Of a stretch of DNA of 64,000 bases, positions 41,058 through 53,019 are shown piece by piece. The position numbers and the translations under genes were made by a program. Under the pieces are notes generated by a model that worked only from the letters and a program-made list of their open reading frames with translations, made no database searches and had not been told where the DNA came from. Source of the DNA: Paraspadella gotoi (lineage: Eukaryota; Animalia; Chaetognatha); contig JBJCIZ010000744.1 of NCBI GenBank assembly GCA_051294375.1, positions 1,931,252-1,995,251 on the forward strand, in the 5' to 3' direction. The stretch's first letter is position 1, and every line of letters starts with the position of its first letter.

Positions 41058-43521
41058 NNNNNNNNNNNNNNNNNNNNNNNNNGTCAGTTGGTAACTTGGT
41101 ACGACGCCATATCCTTTGATTCTGAAAGTATTTGGTTCTAACCCTGTAATTTTTTTTTTGGTAAAGGCTAAACGTTCGTTCGCCGTGTTTTTTATAGTTA
41201 ATTTAGTTTTTAAAAGTGGTCGCCAATAGTTAATCTTTATGTGTTTAAATAGAGAAATTAAAAAAAAAGAAAAGAATTATAAAATTTCTTGGTAGTCTTT
41301 TAAAAACCCAAGCATAATAGTTGTATTGCTTGTAACGTGGTAAAAGGCCTTCCTGTTGATGTATGAGGATTGCTGGTTGCTCCCTTGTGAACGTTTTTAT
41401 TTTTAAAAATCGACAGCGGACGTTCGAATATCACCATGGTAGGTATTTTATAAAATTCACAAAAAAAATATATAAATAATAATATTTGATATTATTAAGA
41501 AAGTAGAAGTGGTGCCAATAGATTACTAAAACATAATAAATTGTAATAACGCAGAAACTAAAATAACTTATGATAGTAGTTTGCCGATTCGATTCTGCAC
41601 TTTAACGCCGTTTTTTAATAAAAATCTGTCATCTCAAATTATAAACCACTCTTAAAAAACTATGAGAAACACGCCAGAATAGTTATTCAGCTTTTCTATA
41701 GTGTGTTGATAGATTGTGTTGTGATGACTGACGGGTCAGATTCTTTGTCTCAGAATATATAGGTCAGAGAAATAGGGCGCCAATTAAATGATTTCTAGAA
41801 AAACTATGAAAATAGTTTCTCTTTTCTACACAACTAAAAACTTTACGCATGGATGGAATCAATATTGTACCATTTTCAACTACATCAGCCACCACCTAAC
41901 ACAACTAATCTTTTGTTGGTAACATTGGTAAACACCAGACCCTATCATTCTAGAATTAGAACAACATAAGGTGAGCTAGGTGCAAACCGCTGTGATAGCC
42001 GTTCTCGATGTGGTTTTTTTTATGCCAAAAGCTTAGAGCGTTTCGATTCCCGTCATAATATATTTGTTAAAAATTAAAGGCAGAAAGTATAAAAATATAT
42101 ATAAATAATAAATGTGATAATATTATTAACGAAGTAGGGGGGCCAAACTAATTACTTAACGCTAAATCATTGGAATACACAGAAATAGGAAATTATGGTA
42201 GCAGTTGATATATCCTATTGCAAACCACACCCTTCTTAATAATAAATCATCAATTCAACAATATACAAACTTTAAAAAGAAAACATAATAATCCCAAATG
42301 GTATCACTGTTTAATATACGGTGTTTGACGTCATTTTGATGCACTGACCGTGTTTCGGTCGTTTCAGAAAATATATTGTCCAAAAATAAGGGCGCCAAAT
42401 ATTCTACAACACTATTAAAATAGATTTCTTTTTTTCATACAAACTTCAACAACTAAATGAATGCATCATTCAAAATATAAACTTTAAAAAAACTGAAAAA
42501 TCCCAAATGATATCACTTTTAATATAGTGTTTGTTTCATATTTGATGAGCGGAACGTTTTGGTCATTTTCCAGGAAATAATCATTGTCAAAGAATTAGGG
42601 CGGCCATAAATGATTCTAAAAACTATTAAAATAGTTTATGTCTCTTTCATACAAACTCAAAACTCTTAAATGGATGAGATCAAATTGTACTTTTTTTTCT
42701 AACCAATTAAAACTATAGGTCACTCAAGTATCAAAAATTTTCGAGCCAAATAGGGAAGGTCTCACACTCGTGCGCAAGTCAACGTCTCACAGAATGTCGG
42801 CATCAAAAGTGACATGTCGCAAGCGTGTCCACAGTGGGTCATCATCAGAAGGCAAGATTTGGTGTGACCGGTCACGACTGGAGGAAGAATTGTGTGACAC
42901 TGTCACTCACGGGTCAACACGTTGTCCAGCACATTCAGAGGTTCGCGATCATAAGGGAAGAAAATGAATCATTCATAGTCCTTTCTTTCTTTCTTATACT
43001 TTGTTTTTTTTCTTTCTTTCTTTGTCTTTTCTTATCTTTATTTGTGCTTTTTTTGCTTTCTTTTCTTCTTCTTGCGTCTCCCTCGCCCTCCTCCTCCCCC
43101 CCCTCTCTCTCTCTCCTCTCTCATCTCTCTCTCCTGCTCTCATCTCCTCTCTCTTCTCTCCCTGCATATATAGGCCTCTCTTCTTCTTGCCTTCCTATAA
43201 TCTTCCTTAATGGTTCCTTTCTTTTTGACCGGGATTTCACTTAATAAAGGATCGACGCGCTGATTGGCTTGCGCCTTTCTTCGCTTCTTCATTCTTCCTG
43301 TTCTTCTTCTCTTTTCTTCTTCTGCTCTCTTCTCCTTCTCATCTTACTTCTTCTTCTTCTCTTTTCTTTCTATCCTGTCTTCTTCTTCTTCTTCTTCTTC
43401 TTCTTCTTCTTCTTCTTTGGCTTCGGAAGCAAAAGACGAACTTTTGAAATATTTTTTTCTTTTTTTTTGCATCAAAGACTCGAGACAAAATTGGAGGAAA
43501 GGGAAACATAAAGAGGACGAG

Positions 43522-43592
<71 letters not shown>

Positions 43593-43892
43593 GTAGCATT
43601 AGATTTGCAGCGTTGATATTCCCGATATTTAGGCCATATTTACGCTAAAATCAATACGGTACGTCAGTGTAAGTTTCATTAACTTTGTTTTTAGGATTTA
43701 TAATTTGCTCCTTAAAGACTTAAAGACAATTATTAAATTAATTTATATTTCATTCTTATTTTTTAATTTTAATTTTATTTTTTAATTTTTTTTTAATTTT
43801 TTTCATTGTGTAATCTCTGTTTTTATTATTTTTGAAATAAAAAAAAAATATAATTTTTTTTCTTTCTTTCTTTCTTTCTTTCTTTCTTTTTT

Positions 43893-43969
<77 letters not shown>

Positions 43970-44368
43970 ATTAATGCTTGTTTTCGTTTTTCTTGTCTAA
44001 GAAAAATAATTTTTGGGGTTTTTTTGTGGAATATTTTCGAAATTTTCATAATCTTGCGGAATTTTGAAAGAAAACGAGAGAAAAAGAGAAAAGAAATTCA
44101 AGAAAAAGAAAGAAAAAACCAAAGACAAGAACAAAGAAAGAAAAAGAAAGCAACAAAAAAAGACAGAAAGAAAGACAGAAAGAAAGAAAAAAAGAAAGAA
44201 AGAAAGAAAGAAAGAAAACGAAGAAACAATTAAACAAAACAAAAAAGAAAACAATCAAACTAAATATACTCGATTCCATCCACAAAATTCCGTGAATCGG
44301 AGCCGAAAACATTTTTCACTCATAAACCAAAACGTAAGGAATGTCACTGTTTTGTTTGTTTGTGTTTA

Positions 44369-44448
<80 letters not shown>

Positions 44449-44823
44449 GCGATGATTTACGATGTCCTTTTTGACTCATGTTTCTTTTTTTTTTATGTTT
44501 TTATTTGTGCCATAAATAAAAAGAAGATAAAAACTAAAAACCAATGAATCGGAAAAAAAAAATTTTCGCTGATTTTTCATCGACTTTCCATCTTTTTTTT
44601 TATTATTTATTTTATTAAGAGGAAGAGAAAAAAATAAGCGAATAAAGAAAGAAAAAGTCCGAAAAAGTTAAGATCGAAAGAAAGAAATAAAGTCCAAAAA
44701 AAAGAAGGAAAAATGAAAAAAAATTATATAAACAACCAAAGAAACAAACAAACAAACAAACAAACTGCGAAATCACTTGACGAGTTTGGAATCGTCAAGC
44801 GTGAGAAAAGACGAGATTGCAAA

Positions 44824-44859
<36 letters not shown>

Positions 44860-44890
44860 GCTAAATCGTATAGTGGTCGTGATAGTCAGA
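40841..44890 (-). CDS. Candidate multi-exon gene with poly-D/E/S tracts, unknown product
   Basis: Minus-strand open blocks: ~44890-44766 (SRPLYDLA(D)nLQSRLFSRLTIPNSSSDFA), ~44318-44270 (KNVFGSDSRNFVDGIE), ~43440-43160 (..KKRRKAQANQRVDPLLSEIPVKKKGTIKEDYRKARRREAY), ~41020-40841 (VLNQIWPIKRHLRLRPNSKPRRRE(D)n..EER*). Confidence 0.35.
41083..42975. repeat. AT-rich insert with degenerate long-period tandem repeats
   Basis: 41450-41880 resembles 42070-42460, and a ~215-bp subunit repeats again at 42465-42690 (shared agggcgcca and actattaaaatag motifs). Absent from the duplicate locus at ~29340. Confidence 0.6.
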
Positions 44891-47800
44891 TGTTATTATT
44901 ATAATTAACTAATCATTGTTTTTCTTTATTTTTCCCCCGCTTTTCATTTTTTTCTTCCGGCAAAACTTCGCTTCAAAAATAATCAGGTAAGAGATTTTTA
45001 TTTATTCTNNNNNNNNNNNNNNNNNNNNNNNNNTAAGATTAGGATGACAATCTTCTTAAATCTATGTGCAAATACAAATAACCGGAATATCTCCTAACAT
45101 CTTGGCTGAGTCTGAATTCTTACAACATACTTTACTAGGTGGGAACGCATTCGACACACAACAGGGAAGATCTGTTCATCTTATATCTCTAAACTATCAA
45201 ATTATTCTCGCGTTACATGGAGATTCTCCTACATACATTAGTAAGTCAATGTGAAGGCAAATGTCGTTGGATATCGCTCTTAACGGACGAGCGTTCAGAT
45301 CTGTCACATAAGACTGAATCCAGTACGGTCCTAATGCACGCTAGGCATCAGTGATCATCTTTGCCCTTCTTACGACTTTTACCTCCCTCTCAGCCAAATT
45401 ATAAACACACAAGCTTACTCTAAAAACTACAGTATTGGAATAAATCTCAGCAAAACATAAAAATGAAAAATTCGACCTGTATAAGGATCGATCTGTCAGT
45501 TATCTTATACCCAATGACATTAGATAAAAAGATGTGAACCCATTTCAAACCTCAATCATTAATTCTTATAACAAAAGTTACTGTACAAAAACCCACCCAC
45601 CAAAAATGGCATTTGTATTTCTTTAAAAATAGAATAATCACACAAAACCTTGTGGTCAAAAGGAAAAGCAGAATGTCGTCGAAAAATTTGCAAATTTACA
45701 GAAAAAAATCGGTTTTTTCACTCATCCTAAGCAGTCAAACAGGATAATAATTACATCCTTGCCGAAAGTTAAATATGCGAAACAAAACCGATGTTTTAGC
45801 GGAAACACTACAAAATTATGAAGTAAAAAAGACATACGTTTGCTGAAAAAAACCAGACCGCTGCAAGAAAATGGAAAAATGATCAAAATATAACCATTTA
45901 TTCTCCAAATTCTCCACCAGATCTGCCAATGCTTACTCTCGTGCGTGGAATCAAGTAGCAGAGGACACTGCTGTAACTCGAAGTTTTGTCAGAAAAATTA
46001 AAGTCATGTTAGGCCACCTTCACCGTTCACACAGAAAAGAAGACTGTGGCACAAATAATACCTAAAATAAAAACAAATTCTTGGGGACCGAGATCTGGCA
46101 ATCTGTTCACCAGCACAATCAAAAAATGAATTATGACCCTGAATCTTGAACTTTTCACTTAAAAGATGCTCTCGATATGGAAAACCCTAATTTGAAATAA
46201 TCAAAAAACTATAAGTAAGATCTGCAGCCTGGGGTAGATTTATGGTAAACCATCTCATGCCTTGCGTAATCTCGCCCAAGACAGCCTTGTGACTCTGCCA
46301 ACCATATATATGAAATTTTTTTCGTTCTTTGTGTACTTTCCCGTGTTGTGGAAATTGGCCCTGATTCCGTCAATGATTCCATAAAGTGGGTAAAAGATCC
46401 GCTACAAAACTCCAGGAAAATATCGAACCCATAGCCTTTTAGTATTTCTCGGAAAACTTCTGAAGTTAATACTTCCGCGGTGACTAATTCGATGTGAAAA
46501 GCTGCAGGTGACAGAAAATTCTCTTCAATCAGGATATCCGAAAAAGGCCGATCTAGCCCCTGACACAACATGGTGCGATTAATGAAGATCCCACAGTCAT
46601 GCTGTTAAAGCCTGAGGTGCAACCATATTGTCACTCCGATTCACAGCCAAAGCCTTTTTGATAACATTCTGCCATGATGCGATTGCGTTACAAGCTAATA
46701 GAGTTGGAATATCTAAAGAATGCATGTCGTCTCTCTTAAACTCCTTTCTAACTATAGACAGCTTGCTGCGTCGTCCAGTACGACGAGTGTGAGCAATCAC
46801 GGAGATTATGATTCGTTGTGGATCATCACAGGAGCGGTCTAGGCCTGAATTATTGCTCTTTACGTCCTGGGACCTACCCATCTTCTTGCCCAACGGCGCA
46901 ATTAAAGCATTACCACAATCATCTACAATCTCACGGTTTTAATCCCGATATAATCAAGATCAAGATCAGATCCAAATTTACCTTACACGATCAACCTGCA
47001 TTTCCAAGTGGTGACGTCTTGATTTTTTGAGGTGCTGCACAATATGCCAGAACGACTCAAGCGCTTGTGGCTCTCCATTCTAAGATCCGCATATAGCAGA
47101 AAAGCTCTCCCAACGGACACTTCATAGAACTTGAAAAAGATGGCGGTGCGATAATGTGGTTTTTTAGAGCTTTGTCCCAGATAAACTAACTGTTATAGTT
47201 ATTTAACACCCGAGTATTTAATCTTTTTTAACTTTTGCGTTAATTAACATTATTTGGCTAGAAAAATTCCAAGGTGTGACAACGTAAAGTTTTAGGGTCG
47301 TGTATAATTGATAAAAAAATCACCTGCGACGTTTCACGTTACATGATTATATTTACAAAAAAGGCAAACAAGTGTAAAATTCTTGCCCAATCAACATAGA
47401 CTTTCGCGTGTTTGTAAACTGCGGAACTATATTGATCGTCTAAGCAGTCATCATACTATTCAGACAAGTGCTCGCTATAGTTCTCTACGCTTTCATATTC
47501 CATCTACCTGTTGTTTGCTGTCTGCTACCAGGTAAATTACTCGACTGCGCAGCGAGATTTGATTCGACTTACAATAAGAGCCAGTTCGTATTTTCAAAAT
47601 TACCTAGTCATACTGCCGCACTCCGCCACTGATCGCGATGCACCAGCAGGCCAGAGCTACGCACAATTACATTTATACCCGCATCTCACTATCGTTAAAA
47701 ACTTTGCCTGCTAATGGAAAGAGAATTTGAAAGACTATCTCACTTCCGAGGCAATATTCCACCTATTTACCGATGCTGTAAACGGTAATATGAATCTAAT

Positions 47801-48584
47801 AACTATTCAGACAAACCATTGTTCACATCGAAACCAGCGTTGGGGATGGAATTCATTTAACAAAGGGAAAGAATACATAAACATGTAAAATTGTAAATTG
47901 GAAAAGATTTCAGTATGAATGCCAAAGCGTCATGACTTAATGTAAATAAGGTTAGCTTTTTATGGCCATGTTTATTTTGTCCTAAAGCCCCCATTAATAA
48001 ATTCAAAATTCAAATTACCAAAAATTCTTCTCCTCATTCTCTTTTCTCTCTCTTCTCTCTCTGCTCTCTCGTGATCTTCTCTCTCTCTGACCTTCAAACT
48101 ATCTACAGCCTATCTCTTCCTCCTCCTCTCTTCTCTCTCTCTCCTCTCTTCGCTCTCCTCGTCTCTCTGCTCTCTCTCGTCTCTGCCTCTTCTCTTCTGT
48201 CTATTTCTTTTCGATTTTTCTCTCTTTCCCTTCTGGGGCGGGGACCAAAAAAGGCCTCTTTATGTTTGCTGTCGGAAACGTTAGTGACTCCTCTCTCCGC
48301 TCTCTCTCTCCTCCTCTCTTTCTTTCTTCATCTTTCTCTCTCTCTCCTCTCGTTAGTCGAGTCGTGTGCCCCTTAATCTAGGGAAAGAAAAAGAAAAATC
48401 CGAGAAAAGAAAACAAAAACAACTAAGAAGAAAAACAGAAACAACCACGACCATCTCAGAAAAAACAAACAGAAAACAAGCGAAGGAATCAATTCTACAT
48501 CTGCCTAACTCCTTCTCCGCTTCTCTCTTATCTTTCTACCCATCCTTTCGCTATGCTTCGCCTTTTCCTCTCTCCTTTCTCTCT

Positions 48585-48628
<44 letters not shown>

Positions 48629-48679
48629 TCCTCCCTTTACATTCTTTATCTAAATTCGTATTTCATTTCAATTTTAAAT

Positions 48680-49530
48680 TTCAATAAGTTTCCCTTTTTT
48701 TTGTCATCTGACATTTTTGCGTCTCTTTGCTCGTTCCGCTTTTGAAACAAAAGAGCTCCGCCTTTCGTTCGTTGCCGTCAGAGGGACAGACGCCAATCAG
48801 CTGATGCCAAAGTTTTCTTTAAAAAACCCGGATGTCATTGAAAACAATGAAGGAGGGGGGGGGGCGAGGTGGGGGTGGGGAGGTGAAGGGTTGAATGGGG
48901 AAAGGTTGGAGAAGTGAGAAAATAAATGAGAGATCGTAAATTGAGGTTTTATATATATATCTATTTTAACGATATATGCTAGGTGAACTTTTTGTCTGAC
49001 TTTTTTTCTGACGAACAAATGAAGGAATCTTTTGATTAAAAAAAAAGCAAAAAAAAAAAGTTTTAGGAAGATTAGTCACGTGATCGATAAATGAAAAAAC
49101 GAATAACAAAATTTTGACAAATTAACTAAAAAAAAGGGGGAAAAAATAAAATACTATACAAACCTAAGAATACCGTGTATTAACGGCAACATAAAAAAAG
49201 CATTTTGTTTAAAAAAGAAAAAAAAAGAAAACGAAGGGAGAATAAAAGCAAATAAAAGCAAAGGCCGTTACTCACCCTCTGGGTTGGCCTCGTCCCTTTT
49301 TTCATGCAAATTCTCGACGAACGAATTCTCGCGAAAACTAGAGTTCGACGGATGCGTGGTAACGGGGAGTTAAAAGGGTTTGGGGTTCGTGGTACCTACG
49401 GGGCCCGCTGTGGATTACGGGGGGAAGAAACGGTGAATAAATAGACGGTGACGACGAAAGCTGCGTAGCAGCGTATCGCATTGACGACGGAAATACAATG
49501 AGGCAGCAGCGCGTGGGAGAACTTAGTTGG
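48680..49530 (-). CDS. Candidate exons with a weak resemblance to mitochondrial ribosomal protein uS17m
   Basis: Exon ~49530-49276 ends in a GTGAGT donor (..SPSIYSPFLPPVIHSGPVGHEPKPF..EFVRRDFMK..). Exon ~48816-48710 reads KLWHQLIGVCPSDGNERKAELF, similar to the uS17 N-terminal LxGxVxSDKMxK strand. The C-terminal HD..GD motif was not found. Confidence 0.25.
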
Positions 49531-49696
49531 AGAATTATTAAGAGCCAAAGAGATTATTAATTATTATTATTATTATTATTAATTATTAAGAGCCAAAGAG
49601 ATTATTAAAAGCAAAGAAGTGAATTCAGCAAAACGAGGGAACCATAGTGTGAGGTGAGGTGAGTCATAATCGATCCTTGTGAAAAAAAACAAAAGT

Positions 49697-49753
<57 letters not shown>

Positions 49754-51150
49754 CGAAGTAACTACGAAAAGGAGTACCTTTAAAATCCCCGGTTGAAATA
49801 TTGAAAAAAAAAGAAGAAAAAAAAAGAAGAAAGAATTGAAAGAATATTCAGAGGGAGAGCGAGACAAGAAAGGAATCAAAGAATATTCAGAGAGAGAGAG
49901 CGAGACAAAAAAGGAATCAAAATGAGCTCAAGAAAATGAAAACAACGAAAAATGTGTCGGATGAAGAAAATAAAAAAATAAAAATGCAAACAATTTTGAA
50001 AAACCTCACTTTCAAAAAAAACAACATAGAGCGAGAGATAAGGAATCTTATTGATTAAAAAAAAAAGCAAAAAAAAAGTTTCACGGTGATAGATATCAGT
50101 CACTGAGATGTACTCGATAAAAGAAAAAAACTGAATAAAAACCAAAATTTTGACAAATAAGCCTGAAGAAAAAAAAAAAGGGGGAAGATAAAATAAATAC
50201 TATACATAGCCAACCTAAAATACGCGCCGTTATTAACGGCAAACATTAAAAGAATACATTTTGTTCTTAAAAAAGAAAAAGAAAGAAAACGGAAAGGAGA
50301 AAAAAAGCAAAATAAAAACGCAAAGCCCGTACTCCACCCCTGGGTTGCCCTCGTCCTTTTACATGAAATCTCGACGAACGAATTCCCTTTAGCGAAAACT
50401 AGATTCTGACGGATGCTGGTAACGGTATTAATTAAAAGGGTTTGGGTTCGTGACCTACGGGCCCGCTGCTGATTACGGGGGGAAGAAACGTGAATAAATA
50501 GACGGTGACGACGAACAGCTGTCGTTAGGCAGACGTATCGCATTCGAACGACGAAAATTACAATGAGGCAGCACGCGTGGGAGAACTTAGATCTGGAAGA
50601 AATATTAAAGCCAAAGCAGATTATTAAATTATTAATTATTATTAATTATAATTTATTAAGAGCCAAAGAGAATATAAAAGCAAAGAAATGAATTCACAAA
50701 ACGAGGGAACCATAGTGTGAGGTGAGGTGAGTCATAATCGATCCTTGTGAAAAAAACACAAAAAGTGCTCAATCTTCCTCTCTCTCCCTCTCCTCTCATC
50801 TCTTCTCTCTCTCTCTCCCTACTCTCTCTACCTCATCCCTCTCTCTTCATTCTGAAGTAAACTACAAAAGGAGCTACTCTTCTAACAATCATCCCGGTTG
50901 AAATATTGGAAAAAAAAAAAGAAAAAGAAAAAGAAAAAAGAATTGAAAGAATATCAGAGGAGGAAAGCGAGACAAGAAAGGAATCCAAAGAATATTCATA
51001 GAAGAGAACGAGAACAAAAAAGGAATAAAAAATGAGCTCAAAGAAATATAAAACAAAACGAAAAAATGTGTCGGATGAAGAAAATAAAAAAAAAAATAAA
51101 AATGCAAACAATTTTGAAAAACCCATCACTTTCAAACAAAAATAACAACA
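49020..51150. repeat. ~1.05-kb tandem duplication (49020-50030 and 50040-51150)
   Basis: Colinear copies (ccatagtgtgaggtgaggtgagtcataatcgatccttgtg) with indel noise. Confidence 0.92.
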
Positions 51151-51168
51151 TATAGCAGCATCGCTTAA

Positions 51169-52507
51169 GGGCCTGGGATCATTCAAACAAGAATTGCATA
51201 AAAGCCTTTATACAAATATTTTTATGCAAAAGAAGATATTTCCCTTCGTGTTTCAAATAAAAAAACTTCAAATTTGACATAAAGGTCTCAGACTTCAAGA
51301 GCCACCCAAAAAATCGGCGCAATTTTTTTACTCGTAAACTAAAAAATTTCTATCAACGACGGTAAAATCATTTTTAAAGCGAATTTAATTTTTCTTTAAT
51401 TCAATAACATCACTACCTCAGGTAATACCTAGTACCATAAAACCCTAGTCATTCTTACATGATGTATTGGATCAAACTTAAAGATAAAAATATAACGTTA
51501 TGTAGAGAGAGTGCAGAATACATATTTAATGATGCCATAACCATTTTTTACTTTTAAAAGAAGTAATACAAAAAATTGTACAATTTTAAAAAAGTCAAGA
51601 CACATTGTTGATTGGCACTGCAGTCGGGTCCTCTGCGATAGAAACGCTCTTTGGTGCCATAGATCGGTCATTGATTCCAACAGATGGACAACTCGTTATG
51701 GCTCTCCTCTTGTCAATTAGTTTCTGTTCCCCACATTCAAAACTAACTTAAACTTGAACCGTTTGCCCAACAGATGAAAAATAAGTAAAACCCCTTGCAG
51801 CAATTCCTCCTTGTTCACACCTGTCCCAGTGTTTTTGTTGTCACAGGCATATTTAAATTTAAAAAAAAAATTAAAAAAATTGGAATAAAACTTCAAGAGA
51901 AACGGTACAAGCTATCCATTTAACTAGAAACTGAAAAATCAGACTTTACAAAAGCATGCTCGATTTTTGAGTCTCTGCTCGAATTTCAGTTCTTTAAAAT
52001 CTACAGAAAAAAAATAAAAAATAAAAATAATAACAAAAAGAGTTGGAGCGAAAACCGTTTTGAAAAAAAAAATAAACCTAAAATTATTTTTCGTTTAGTA
52101 ACTGAAATGTGGGACGAAATTCTATGCAGAGGAATTCTGAAAATGTATTCCGTTATTCAGATATTTAGATTTAATGCCAAAATTTTACTTTAATTCTTTT
52201 TCTTTTTCCATGTGAAGAAAAGTGACATTTGGCACAAATCCCTCTCATGAGAATTGGGGACCTCACCTCAAGTAAAATATGTTAACATTCATCAAAATTC
52301 CGCTTCGCGCCGTTTGGGCTGCAACTCCTTCCGATCAGGTTTCTTATCTTTAATATAGTAATATAAAATTCAGAAAAAACACCAAACGGTTTTGAAGAAA
52401 TAATAAAGTGAATACATTTCCGGAATCGACCATAGAACCTCTTACTTTCAAAATCCAAGCTATTGTGTTAACCCTATTATATAACTTTTGGCGGTGATTC
52501 CCAGGCC
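51169..52507. mobile_element. 1339-bp non-autonomous DNA transposon with TTAA target-site duplication and GG...CC termini (Kolobok-type ends)
   Basis: TTAA(51165-68)-GGGCCTGGGATCA ... TGATTCCCAGGCC-TTAA(52508-11). An empty site with a single TTAA and both flanks joined is read at 53111-53200. No transposase-length ORF. Confidence 0.8.
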
Positions 52508-52976
52508 TTAAAAACGAATGAAAGAAAAAATACGAAGCTCGGCAGAAAGAGCTAAAAATTGGAGAAGAGAGAAAGACGAGAGGAGAGAGAGAGAGAGAGA
52601 GAGAGAGAAAAGAGAGAGCAGAGAGAGGAGAGAGAACGAGAGAAGGAGAGAGAGAGAGCAGAGAAAGAAACGAAAGGGAAAAACCCAACGACAGCAGAAG
52701 AATTTTGGAGAGAAAATCATTTTAGGGCAGAGGAAATTCATTAAAACCAGGGCTTCATATGGTTTGACAAAGGGGCAATAAGGAACAAACGCGAGAAGAA
52801 AGAGAGAAGAAGAGAGAGAAAGAGAGAGAGAAGAGAAAAGAGAGAGAGAGAGAGAGATGAGAGAGAGAGGAAACATAGAAAGCGAGAGAAAATCCGTAGC
52901 AAATAATTTTCATTAACCATAATATAGGCTGCGCCTGTTATATTAAAAGAAACTCTTTTTTTCCCATTAGTCTCAG

Positions 52977-53019
<43 letters not shown>

